Source: Mycoplasma mycoides subsp. capri
GTDB lineage: Bacteria; Bacillota_I; Bacilli_A; Mycoplasmatales; Mycoplasmataceae
NCBI RefSeq assembly: GCF_018389705.1
Contig: NZ_CP065581.1
Location: 330,001-362,000 of the forward strand
DNA: 32,000 nt
Direction: 5' to 3'
Shown: positions 1 through 11,329 of the stretch, piece after piece
Numbering within the stretch: position 1 is the stretch's first letter
Layout of the letters: every line of letters begins with the position of its first letter
Made by a program: the position numbers and the translations under genes
Notes under the pieces: generated by a model
What the model was told of the DNA's origin: nothing
What the model saw: only the letters and a program-made list of their open reading frames with translations
Databases searched by the model: none

Positions 1-186
1 CAAGCTATTGCTGAACAAACACAAAATGGTGCATTTACTTTAATTGGTGGTGGAGATAGTGCTTCAGCTGCAATTAATATGGGATTTAAAGATAAATTTT
101 CATGAATTTCAACTGGTGGAGGAGCTTCGCTTGAATTTATGGAAGGAAAAGAATTACTAGGTATTTCTGCAATTCAAGATAAATAA
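1..186 (+). CDS. pgk: phosphoglycerate kinase, C-terminal end (5' truncated by window)
   Basis: Frame 1 reads [61 protein letters not shown], with the characteristic PGK C-terminal [14 protein letters not shown] motif; TGA read as Trp. Confidence 0.96.
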
Positions 187-208
187 TTTTAATACTAATT
201 AATGGATT

Positions 209-237
209 AAAAAACTCACTTTATAGTGAGTTTTTTA
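209..237 (+). terminator. intrinsic terminator downstream of pgk
   Basis: aaaaaactcact-ttat-agtgagtttttt perfect stem followed by a T-run. Confidence 0.85.
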
Positions 238-750
238 TTGCTTGATATATTCTTTATTAACTAATATTTTAAACGCTTCCTGACACTTTAATCATTTAGG
301 AAGTATAGAACCTCCTGTTGAATAATCAGGAATAGATATTTTTCCTAACTGAGGAGGCATGGGTTTTCTTCCTAACTGAGGAGGCATGGGTCTTCTTGCT
401 AACTGAGGATATTGAGGACATTCTTCTAATATAGCTATTAACTCTGATTCAGTTATTGGTGTGGGTATTATTTTTAATCTTTTATCTGATTTGGACCTTG
501 TTATGGGTTTGACATCCAATTTAGGTTTTATTTCTGGTTTTATTAATATTTTAGAAGTTGTTTCAGGATTTGTTTTAGTGTCTTTTTCACTATTGTTTTT
601 ATTAGATTTTATTTCAAAATCATAATCATCATTCTTATTATTATTATTATTATTTAATTTAGAATTTGTTTTATTTCCGCAAGCAATTACAGTTAAATTA
701 GTTGAAGCTATTAAACCTGTTAAACATAGTAAAGTTAGTATTTTTTTCAT
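235..750 (-). CDS. small proline-rich lipoprotein with tandem 9-aa repeats
   Basis: MKKILTLLCLTGLIASTNLTVIACGNK: signal peptide and lipobox. The track ORF stops at a TGA (292); in code 4 it continues WLKCQEAFKILVNKEYIKQ* to TAA at 235-237. Confidence 0.8.
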
Positions 751-932
751 TTAATCCCCCATCAGAAAGCATTTATTTCATATACATAAATGTTTTATTT
801 TAGCTTTAACATCATATATAATATCAGGTTCAAAAAATACATTTTTTGTTTAAACAAAAATATCTAAAAACTAATAAAAAAATAATAAAAAACTAAATCA
901 ATTGTAGACTTAGTTTTTAAAGTTAATTATTT

Positions 933-1601
933 TTATTTAAAGAAATCTTGACTTGCTAGTTTTTTAGTTTCAGCACTTGCTGCAAAAGGAATTCTAGTTG
1001 TGTAATGCATTTTAGCAGCAACTATCATTTTAGCTGGTCATTCATTAATTGAACGGTTTCATTGAAAAACAGTATCATTATAAAGATCTCTAGCTGCAGT
1101 AATTTCTTTTTGTAAGTATAAGTTTTGTTGTAAAGCTTGTTTAATTGATTCATGAGCTTTTAAATCAGGATAATTTTCAATTTGTAAATGTAATCCTCTA
1201 ATAGTTGTATCTAATTGAGATGCAACATCAGATCTATTTTCATCATTTACATTAATTCCAGATCTATAAGCTGCAACTGTTTTCATAACATCTTTATCTA
1301 GTTCGATTGATTTAGATAATAATGAAGCTAAATTTTGCATAACAACAGCTCTTTGATCTAAATAGTTATCAATTTGTGAAGCATTGTGTTGTACTTTTTG
1401 TTCTAGTTGAGCTAAATGATTTTTAGCCTTAATTTTTATAAATGTAAAAATAATTCCAGGAATAATTCCTAATATTCATAATAGTATTTCAAAAACTAAT
1501 GAACCTTTTCCAACAGTTATTGGAATTTGTTTGTTAATAACATTTACCTGTCTTCCTTGTTCTAAAATAGGGTCATTCATTTCATCTAATTGGTTTGCCA
1601 T
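933..1601 (-). CDS. lemA: LemA family protein (222 aa)
   Basis: MANQLDEMNDPILEQGRQVN...ILLWILGIIPGIIFTFIKIKAKNHLAQLEQKVQHNASQIDNYLDQRAVVMQNLASLLSKSIE... matches the LemA pattern (N-terminal TM, then NxLxxxVxxRxxxxxNL-like helix). Contains in-frame TGA=W; length is a multiple of 3. Confidence 0.85.
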
Positions 1602-1603
1602 TT

Positions 1604-3367
1604 TTATATTTCCTGTTCTATTATTTCAACAGCACCATATTCTGTTAAAATATCATTTTCATTGTATTTAGCTTCTACTTCTTGATCTCATAACTCATTA
1701 TCAATAGGTGAATGCTTAAAAATTTTAATTTTTAGATTAGTAATTTTATCATATGCTATATATTCATCTCAAGGAACTGGAACATCATGATATCTTCCAT
1801 CTCCTCCTCAAACTGGAATATAATCAATTCTTGGTATAATATCAAATCCAATGGAAGTTGCTTGAACATAGTCAGTACCATCTTTTTTAGCAATTAATTG
1901 TGTTTTAATAATTGAATTAGTTTTAATGTTTGGGTGATCTAATAATTCTGATGGTATTGAATTAGCACAAACTTCATACTCATAATCAGTAAGAGTTAAA
2001 TTAGTTTCAGGATTTTCCTTGTATTCTAAATTTATTTGAGCTAGTGATGGGATTGAAAAGTATGGAGCTAGTGCTCAATAAAATGTTTTAAAGTAATTTT
2101 TATTTATACTATAAAAATAATTTTGTATATGTTCAATACTATAATGCTGATATTGATCTTCATTATCATAAAAGTTAATTTCATTTAGTTTTTCAGTTGC
2201 AAAAATAATTAATTTATTTTCTTTTAGCATGTGATAATCATCACCAAAACTCTTGTTATGATCTTGAACTAATTGAACTAAATTGTTTTGAGCTAATGGA
2301 GTAAATAATAATCTAAATTCTCTTTCATTATTTCTATCAAAACAAGATCAAAATGATTCAAATTTAGTATTTGATAAAGGAGTGAAATTAATATTTTTTT
2401 GACTATATTTTTTTAGTTCTTTCTCAATTTGCTTTTCTAATTTTACTTTTTCTTTTTCGCTTAATTTATCAATTTGTTGTGGTTTTCTATAAAATTCTAG
2501 GTTTGGAGATAGATCAGTTGCAAAACAAATTTTTGAAAAATCAGAAAATTGAACAAAAGGTTTAGTAACACTTGCTGTTAAAACTTGAGTCTTAGTAACT
2601 GTTTTTCAATTTCCATTACTATCAGTATATGATTCAGTTCAACTAATTGTTAAAGAACCATGATAAGTTTTTTTAACAATTTCATAACTGTAATCTTTAG
2701 TTAATAAAAAATAATTATTATTAATAGTTCCAGATTTTACATAAACTGTTGTTTTAGTATCATCAGATGAACTATTTAAAAAACCATATTCATCTATTAA
2801 TTTATTTAGTTTATTTAATCCTAAATGTCTATTTAGATGAATAAAAGGCATTGTTAGAGTTAAAAGTTTATTTTTAGTACCAATTTTAATTAATTCTCTT
2901 AGACTTTTAGTTTGTTCTAGTCCAACTTCAATTAATTGGTTCAATTCAGCTTGTTGTTTATCTTTAGCATTCAAAGCTTCTTTTTTCTTTTTATTAATTA
3001 CTAAAAAATGAATTAATATAAAAACAATAAATAAAATTAAATCAATAACACAAACTAGTACTTCATATCATTTATAAGTTGGATCTGTAACTAAACTATA
3101 AATGAAAGCTACACCTAATACTCCAGTTAAACATATTAAAACTATATTAGTAATAAATCAAATTCTTAGTTTTTTTAAACTAGAATTAGACTTATTTAAC
3201 TCAGCTTGTTTTTTATTAATTTTTATTACTTGTTGTTTATTTTCTTCTATATCTACTTTTGAAGTAGCTATTAAATTATCAAAATATTCTTTAATAATAT
3301 TTAAGTTTTTTTCTTGATACTTGTCATATTCTTTAAGTGGTTCAAAGATAAATTCGTTATTTCCCAT
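1604..3367 (-). CDS. conserved mollicute membrane protein of unknown function (587 aa), upstream of the LemA gene
   Basis: Code 4 reading joins track ORFs 3158-3367 and 2639-2974 (same frame) through to TAA at 1604; two hydrophobic segments near the N-terminus; ends 2 nt before the LemA start. Confidence 0.8.
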
Positions 3368-3473
3368 TAATATTCCCTTCTAATATTTTTCCTTTATTTT
3401 TTATTTTATATTTTAAAAAAATAAAACATAAAATAGTTTCTGAAAGTTTCTGAAATATTTATTAAAAAGAAAA

Positions 3474-3495
3474 AACCCTGAACTTGTTCAGGGTT
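3474..3495. terminator. stem-loop between convergent or tandem genes, probable terminator
   Basis: aaccctgaac-tt-gttcagggtt perfect inverted repeat; A-rich and T-rich flanks. Confidence 0.6.
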
Positions 3496-3507
3496 AAATT
3501 AATTTAT

Positions 3508-4452
3508 TTATCTTAAATCGTATTTATTTTTGTTGTCTTGGATTTTGTCATATACTTTAATAGTTATTACACCATCTTTTCTTCAAATTCCTTTGATTGT
3601 TTGACTAATCATTATTGTTAAAAAGATTACATAATAGATTTGAAAGAAAGTTGATAATAATCCAAATAATAAGTATAAAACACCAATAAACATATTATCA
3701 GCTTGTAATACTCTTCTAGCAGTATTTAAAATGTTTCCAATTAATCTTAATATTGAATAAATCATTAATAATATTAGTTCAACAGTTACAATTACTAAAT
3801 AAAATACAGCAATTGTTTTCATTAAAAAGCTAGTAAATGTATTTCCTTCAAAACGTTCTTTTGAATTTTTATTAAAAAATAGAACAAATGCTAATAATCC
3901 AACTACTAATAAAACACCATTACCAATAATAAATCCTAATAAAATTCAATATCATTCTTTTGTTTGATCAAATCAATTTATATTTGGTCCAATTGTTTTT
4001 AATTGTCAAAATAAAATACCTAAAAATATAGCTGAACCAATTGTTGTAATAATTGCAAATGATCTTGATAAAAATCATTTAGGTTTAATAGTTGACTGAG
4101 TAGTGACATTTGGTAAACTTGTTAAAATTCAAGGAGTTAAGAATCCTCCTAAATTTAAACTTAAACTAGCTAAAATATATCTATTTGCAACTAATTCTTC
4201 ATCAGTACTTTTTTTAACAAATCTTAAAATAATTACTGCTGAAATAATAGTTTTTCAAAACATATATCCCATAGTTGCATAACCTAAAGAGAGTAATACT
4301 TGTTTAGGTTGATCTAATTGTTGTGGATTAATTTTACTTAAAAAATAAAGAGATATAAGCATTCCAATTACAGCAAAAATTGTTCCAACTCATTGAAAAA
4401 CTTTTATTTGAGTTCTTGGTGAACTAAAAAAACTTGAATTATTATTTTTCAC
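3508..4452 (-). CDS. multi-pass membrane protein (314 aa), unknown function
   Basis: GTG start at 4452 preceded by aaaggag; reads VKNNNSSFFSSPRTQIKVFQWVGTIFAVIGMLISLYFLSKINPQQ... to ...DKIQDNNKNKYDLR*; several TM stretches and many TGA=W codons. Confidence 0.78.
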
Positions 4453-4526
4453 TTTTTTCTCCTTTAATACAAAAGATATTATATATCAATTGATTAACTA
4501 TAACAAATTACAATTTTAATTACTTA

Positions 4527-6359
4527 TTAAGATTTTTTATTTAAGATTACTGGAATAATTAATGGATTTCTTCTTTTTACTCTAAAAATATATGGGCTTA
4601 AAGAAGATTTAATCGCTTTTTTAATAGCTGCAAAAGTTGGTTTTGATGACATTAATACTTCATTAACTGCATTAGTAATAATTTGAATTGAATCACTAAT
4701 TATTGATCCTGCATCTTTTACATAAAAACTACCACGAGAAATAATTCTAGGTTGAGAGATTAATTTATTAGTTTGTGAATCTAATGAAATTACAACAGCA
4801 ATTAATCCATCTTTTGAAAGAATTTCTCTTTCTCTAATAACATTACTTGCTTTTCCAGTCATATCTTTTCCATCAACATAAACTGCATCAGCTTCAACAC
4901 GTTTTCCGATTTTAGCTTTACCTTGTAATAGCTCTAAAACATCACCATTAGCCATTATAAAACCATTACCTTTTTCTAAATTAACACTTTCGCCAGTTTC
5001 AACATGTTTTTTTAACATACGATATTCACCATGCATTGGCATAAAATATTTTGGTCTAATTAAACTAAATAATAATTTTTGTTCTTCTTGACTAGCATGA
5101 CCTGAAGTATGTATTTTATTATCTGAAGTATTTTCAATTACTATAGCCCCAACTCTAGTTAACTTATTAACTAACTTTTCAACATCAGCTCTATTTCCTG
5201 GAATTGGTGATGATGAAAATACAACTGTATCACCAGGAATAATATTAATTGATAAATGTTTATTATTAGCAATTCTAGATAAAGCAGCCATTGGTTCACC
5301 TTGACTACCTGTTGTTAAAATCATTAATTCTTCTGGTTTATATTTATCAATATCAGTTGATTTAATAAATTCTTTTTCACTAATTTTTAAATGACCAATT
5401 TGACGAATGATTTTAATAATTCTTTCAAATGATCTACCTAAAATAACAATTTTTCTATTATATTTGTGAGCAGTTTCAATAATGTGTTGAATTCTATGAA
5501 CATTTGAGGCAAAAGTTGTTAAAAAGATTCTTCCTTTAGCTTGTAAAAACAATTTATCAATATTTGAAATAATACTTTTTTCACCTTGTGTATATCCTTC
5601 AACTTCACTATTAGTTGAATCTGCCATTAATAATTCAACTCCATTTTCACCCATTGAGGCTAATTTAGTAAGTTCAGCAAAATGTCCTAGTGGTGATCAG
5701 TCAAATTTATAATCTCCTGTTGAAAAAATATTACCATTAGGAGTTTGAACTAAAATTCCAAACGCATCAGGAATAGAATGATTTAATGCAGCATAACTAA
5801 CTTTAAAGTTTTTAGTTTTTCACACATCATCAGCATCATATTCTTTAACAATGGTTTTATCTTCAATTTTATATTCTTTTAATCTATCTCTAATTAACAT
5901 GGCAGCTAATTTTGGAGCATAAATTACAGGAATTTTTACTTGTTGAACTAAATATTGAATTCCACCAATATGATCTTCATGACCATGAGTAATAAATAAA
6001 GCTTTAATCTTTTTTTGATTTTCAGCTAAATAAGAATAATCAGGAATAACAGCACTTACTCCTAACATAGTTGATTCAGGAAATTTAACTCCAGCATCAA
6101 TCATAATTAATTCATTATCATACTCAATACAATAAGTGTTTTTTCCAACTTCTTCTAATCCACCTAAAGCAAAAATTTTAGTAGGTATATTTGTTTTTTG
6201 ATATTGTCTTTTAACTTCTTTTTGCTTAAATACATATGGTTTAAATTCTTTTTCATCAATACTAATATTTAATTGGTCACCATCATCATCAAAGCTATTA
6301 ATTAAATTTTCATTTTCTTCATTAAGTATATCTAGATCTTTTTTATCTATATTTGACAT
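4527..6359 (-). CDS. rnj: ribonuclease J family protein (610 aa)
   Basis: Track ORFs 5820-6359 and 4527-5654 are one frame interrupted by TGA (W). ALGGLEEVGKNTYCIEYDNELIMIDAGVKFP, the metallo-beta-lactamase motif THGHEDHIGG, and the C-terminal RNase J domain. Confidence 0.95.
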
Positions 6360-6637
6360 TTGTTCCTTTCCAAATAAAAAATATTAAAATAAGTTAATTT
6401 CTAAACTTTTTGTATTTGGCTTATTTTAATTATTAAATATTATCATTAGTTAATTAATTTTATAGTTAGTTACTTATTAATATTGTATAACATTATTTGT
6501 TATAAAAGAAATTAAAAATAGTTATATAAACTTATAAAAATTATAATATTACTAATAAATTAAAAATAAAGTAATATTAATTTTAACCTAAATATTATTA
6601 TTTTATTTAATTTTAAAGTAATAGTTATTTTTATATA

Positions 6638-6656
6638 AGCAACCTAAGTGGTTGCT
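6638..6656 (+). terminator. stem-loop AGCAACC-TAAGT-GGTTGCT with T-run
   Basis: Perfect 7-bp stem followed by TTTTT. An inverted version exists at 8862-8880. Confidence 0.7.
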
Positions 6657-6685
6657 TTTTTCATTTTTCTAAGTTCTTGCAAGTA

Positions 6686-6705
6686 AAAGTGTTAACAAAC
6701 ACTTT
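6686..6705 (+). promoter_or_regulatory. leader stem-loop AAAGTGTT-AACA-AACACTTT upstream of RBS/ATG (copy 1)
   Basis: Perfect 8-bp inverted repeat, repeated at 8911-8930 in the same context. Confidence 0.6.
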
Positions 6706-6731
6706 TAAAATAGAAAAGAAATAAAACAAAT

Positions 6732-7175
6732 ATGTTTAAACAAGCAATTTATAATGCTAATAAAACTAAATGCTTGGAAATTGGATATTTTACTAACAAA
6801 AACAATCAAATACAAATTCAAAGATTTCCACACATCATTAAAAAAGTTCCAAAAGTTTTACAAAACCGAATTATCAATTTATTTAATGCTTTTTATAAGA
6901 AACAAAATGAATTTATTGATGGAATTCAATACTAAGATACATCAAACATAATAGATATATAAATATGTTCTTGGAAGCAAAAAAAATTTAATCAAGATAT
7001 ATCAAGTTGAAATACTTTTAATGTAATAGATATGACACAAATGTTTTCTGGAGCAAAGTCATTTAATCAGGATTTATCTAAGTGAAACGTTTTTACGGTT
7101 AAAAATTTCAACTATTTCAAATCATTTACTTTATTTAGATTTAGCCATAAAAAGCTTCCAAAATTTAATAAATAA
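6732..7175 (+). pseudogene. degenerate DUF285/BspA-like repeat protein
   Basis: MFKQAIYNANKTKCLEIGYF...FIDGIQY* followed in the same frame by TAA at 6933 and TAA at 6960, then [38 protein letters not shown]..., typical of the DUF285 repeat. Confidence 0.75.
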
Positions 7176-7306
7176 GGTATATCAAAATATACATTTTTAT
7201 ATACCTCAAATAAAAAAAAAAAAAAAAGTATTCAATTAATAATGAATAACTAAAACAAATAAAATTATTACAAATAATAAAAATCAATATTAATAGAAAG
7301 GATATT

Positions 7307-8720
7307 TATGAAACTTAAAAAAACTGTGTGAATTCCTTTAGTTTGTGCTCCTGTTTTACTAACAGCTATAATAGTTCCACCTGTAGTTATTTATAAAAAT
7401 AAACAAAAAGTTTCTAAACCAATTGATAATAAAAAACCTGTTTCTGATAAACAACCAAAAAAACCAACCCCACAACCAAAAAAACCAATTGATGAATTAA
7501 AACCTATAATTGACCCAAACATAACCACTTTAAATAAGCAATTAAAAGAGGCTTCAACTTCTTTAACATCCACACTTTCTAATAAAAAATATAAGAATTT
7601 AGAAAAACTTCAATCTGAAATATCTGCTCATTTAACTAACAATAATAATTCTTTTAATAATATCTCTTTTGAAATAACTAATAAATCTATCTTACCAGAA
7701 CGTGCTAGAAATCAAACTGTTAATCTTAATTTAAAAGCAACTGGACTTAATAATAAATCTTCATCTTTATCAACAACTTTAAATAATGTTTCTTTAGGTA
7801 TTTTAGATATTGATGAAATCATTTCAAGAAAAAAGATGTGAGTTGAAATTGAAGAACTTGAAAGTTTTAAAAATAATAATGACCCTAGCAAAGTAAAAGA
7901 TGACTTTTTCTACTTGTTAAAGAAAAATAATTATGATAACCTTGATGAATCCATTTTTAATAAGGATTCTTATACTTATGATTTTAGTGAAACTGAAGTA
8001 AAAAGTGTAAGTATAGACTATAAAACAGAAAGAAAAGGAGGAAATGATTATTACTATAAAAAAACTAGATTTACTGATATGGAACCAACAGAAAGTTGGT
8101 ACAAAACAAAAATGAAAATCAAAAAAAATCAGACAAAAGATGATTTTGTAGACTGAAATAATAAAGCTGAACTAGAACTTACTTTATATGCATATATTCC
8201 CAAACTTTATGATAGCAATTTTAGTTGATATTTTAAGAATAAAGTTGAAGGTAACGATGGTGCATTTATTGTAATTGATAAAAATGGTGAAGAAAAAAGA
8301 ACAAAAAAAGATGATTTAAAAGACCCATATAATGATATTTGAACTTCCTCTTACTATGATTATAATAAATGAAAAAAACAAGGTTGAAAAGTGGAAGAAT
8401 GTGTTTCTTGAGATGGATTGTTTGGAACAATTTCTTTCCCAAGAACAATTAAACGTGTACCTAAATATTTACCAAAAAATAAGTGATCTTTAAATTATTT
8501 ATTTGATAACGCAACTAATTTTAACCAAGATATTTCAATGTGAAATACTTCAAATGTAGAAGATATGGAAGATATGTTTAGAGGAGCTAGTTCATTTAAC
8601 CAAGATCTTTCTAGGTGAAATGTTTCAAAAGTTCTTGGCAAATCAAGCCAAGATATTTATGTTTCTAACCGCAACTGAAAGAAAGAACACTGACCTCAAT
8701 TTAATAAAAATAATAGTTAA
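7307..8720 (+). CDS. DUF285/BspA-like repeat surface protein; start ATG is one base out of frame with the body (A8 tract 7316-7323)
   Basis: The body frame gives KKTVWIPLVCAPVLLTAIIVPPVVIYKNKQKV...[38 protein letters not shown]...PQFNKNNS*. ATG at 7307 preceded by gaaagga needs 7 A, not 8, to reach that frame. Confidence 0.72.
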
Positions 8721-8861
8721 ATTTATATATTCAAAATATCTATAAATTATGTTAAAATTAATTTAACATCGAAAAATTAATTAATTTTTTCAAGTCTTTT
8801 AACAGAATTGAAACCATATCAAAAAAACGTTATTTTTAGATAATGTTTTTTGTTTTACACA

Positions 8862-8880
8862 AGCAACCACTTAGGTTGCT
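8862..8880 (+). terminator. stem-loop AGCAACC-ACTTA-GGTTGCT with T-run (inverted version of 6638-6656)
   Basis: Perfect 7-bp stem followed by a T-run. Confidence 0.7.
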
Positions 8881-8910
8881 TTTTTCATTTTTTCTAAATT
8901 TCTACAAATC

Positions 8911-8930
8911 AAAGTGTTAACAAACACTTT
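8911..8930 (+). promoter_or_regulatory. leader stem-loop AAAGTGTT-AACA-AACACTTT upstream of RBS/ATG (copy 2)
   Basis: Same perfect inverted repeat and spacing to aaaggaaat-ATG as in copy 1. Confidence 0.6.
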
Positions 8931-8951
8931 TAAAATAGAAAGGAAATAAAA

Positions 8952-11069
8952 ATGTTTAAAAGTATAGGAAAATTCATAGACCTGACAATACGTATTTTTA
9001 AAAATTTGCCAAACTTTTTATTATGATGTCTTTTACTCCCACTTTTAGCTATTCCAGCAGGTTTAGCTGTTATAGTTGATTTTTTTGGTAGAGATTTAAT
9101 AAAACTTTTAATTTTTGGTGGTGATGATTTTGATGTAAGTAAACTTCCACAAGCATTTAAAACAATTGCAATAATAGCAGCTGCCATTGCTATTATTTCG
9201 TTTATCTTCTTTTTTGTTTTTTTAATTGCAAAAGAAGATTCCAGAAAACACATTAAACAAACAATTAAAGGAATAGTTATAGCAACATTATTTGTTTCTA
9301 CAATGCCAATAGCTTTCTTTTTACTACAATATGTTGTTTCAATCTTTTTTGATTTAATCAAACTTGCATTTGGATTAGAAAATCAATCTGCTTCACAAAC
9401 AGTAATAGAAAATATTTTAAAAACAGGTTTAACTAGACCTTGAGATGATGAAATGAAAGTTGAATCTCTTTCTCTAAATATGAAAATAGAAATCTTTTTA
9501 AATTGAGTTGAATATGTTAATCCAGTTTTTCCATTAATAACCACTGTTTTAGTAACTTGAACTTATATTCAATTTTCAATTGCGATTATGCAAAAATCAA
9601 TGGAATTATTTACTTTATTTATTACTTCTCCAATTTATGGAATTACAGCAGTTTTTGACGGTCAAAAAATCTTTAAAAAATATATTAGAGAAAAAATAAT
9701 TGGAAAATCATTTGCTGTTTTAGGTTTAATGTTTATTTGAAATGTTTCATTCTTATTTTTAAATTATTTTACAAATAGATTATTAGATCCAATAGTTGCT
9801 GCTATTACTTCAAGTGGAAAAGCAGGACATATTTCAAACTTTGGTAACAATATTATCAAAAGTCTTGTAACTTTAGTTGGAATTGTTTCTTCAGCAACGT
9901 TTGTTTCAAAAGGAGCTAATCTTTTAGGTGATTTAACTGGTGAATCAATTAGTGTTTCATCACCAGCTACAGTATTAAAACTTGCTGGAAAAGTTACTAC
10001 AGCTGGAATTGGTGCTGGAATTTCTAAATTTAAAAATAAAAAGAATAATACATTATCAAATCCAACTGATACATCTGAAACTACTACAAGTTCTTCAATA
10101 ACAAATAATAATTCTACTCCAGTAGTTAGACAATCAATTTCTGATAAAGTAAATAAATCAAAACAACCAAGTAGAAATTCTGGTGTGATTTTAAAAGGAG
10201 AAAGTTCAATAGCAGCTGTAAATCAAAAAGGAATCTATAATTCAAAAAATTCTGCTGAATTAGCTAGATCAAATTTCTTTGAAGATAAAATTCAACCAGC
10301 AAAAATTGATAAAATCAAAACTCCACCAAAAGCTTATAGTCAAGCTCAACAACTAGCTAAAGCTAATAATGTTGATTTATTAACAATTACTGGGTCTGGA
10401 CAAAATGGAAGAATTTTAAAATCAGATGTACAAAATGCTATAAATAACCAAAAAGCAGTTAAAACACTTACTACATCAAACTCATTTAATAACAATTCTG
10501 ATGATAAAACATTCTTTGACAAACTTACTAAAAGTGATTCTAATAATTCTATAGTTGATAAATTACAAGCAAAAGAAGGAAAAGTTAATAAAAAACAACC
10601 AACTAAAAATAATTATGAAGATATTGAAAAGAAAAAATCAACTCTTGAAAAATTCAAAGAAAATTACAAAAAACTTAGTGAAAAAGAAGATAAAAAACTT
10701 ATGCTTCAAGAATTAAAAAAATTAAACAAATCAATTGAAAAATTTGCAAAGCAATTAAATAAATCTAAAGTTATATCAAAAGATTCTGACAAGATTAGTA
10801 AAACTAAATCATTTAAATTATTTGACTTTAATAAATTTAATAACACAAAACCTAGTTTTGAAGTTAAACAACCTAATTTATCATTACAAAATAACCAAAA
10901 ACCTTTTAAAATAAATATCTTTAAAAAAGACATTGAATTAAAAGAAAAACAAGATTTGTTTAATAATAAGTTAATTCAAAACAATCAAAATATAACTGAT
11001 AAAAAAATCGGTTCTAAATTAAATAAACTAAATATATTTAAGAAAAAAGATAAGGAAGTGAAAAAATAA
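8952..11069 (+). CDS. VirB6-like / Mbov_0396-type mycoplasma ICE transmembrane protein (705 aa)
   Basis: MFKSIGKFIDLTIRIFKNLPNFLLWCLLLPLLAIPAGLAVIVDFFG... with N-terminal multi-TM region and a long hydrophilic Lys/Asn/Ser-rich tail; continuous in code 4 with track ORF 10185-11069. Family assignment is from recall of mycoplasma ICE proteins, not a search. Confidence 0.7.
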
Positions 11070-11329
11070 TGAGATCAAAAGCAATGTTTCCTCAACGTTT
11101 AAGAAAAGTTAGATTTTATATATATAAATCACTTACTTTACTAAATACTTTATACATTGGTTTTTGTATTGCTCTTGGTTTTGTTTTATATAAAACATTA
11201 ACAATTATTTTATTATGAAATTATTGCTTAGTACCAGGAATATTTATTCCACTAATATTATTAGTTTTCATTCTACCAGTAAATTTCAAAAAACCTGAAT
11301 CTCTTCTATTATCATAAACACTGACTAAA
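11069..11329 (+). pseudogene. PrgI/VirB3-like small membrane protein, frameshifted near 11218-11221
   Basis: TAATG overlap with the previous gene; MRSKAMFPQRLRKVRFYIYKSLTLLNTLYIGFCIALGFVLYKTLTIILLW. The hydrophobic continuation NYCLVPGIFIPLILLVFILPVNFKKPESLLLS* lies in another frame (TAA at 11316). Confidence 0.5.

Noticed and set aside
4527-6359. RNase J appearing as two ORFs (5820-6359 and 4527-5654), suggesting a split gene
   Set aside because: Both are in the same frame and the break is TGA, which is Trp in code 4.
6754-6951. Plus-strand ORF 6754-6951
   Set aside because: Alternative frame of the DUF285 pseudogene; lacks homology features.
7391-7573. Minus-strand ORFs 7391-7573, 8266-8448, 8930-9361 and 10706-10933
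   Set aside because: They are antisense to longer coding frames and have low-complexity or unconvincing protein sequence.
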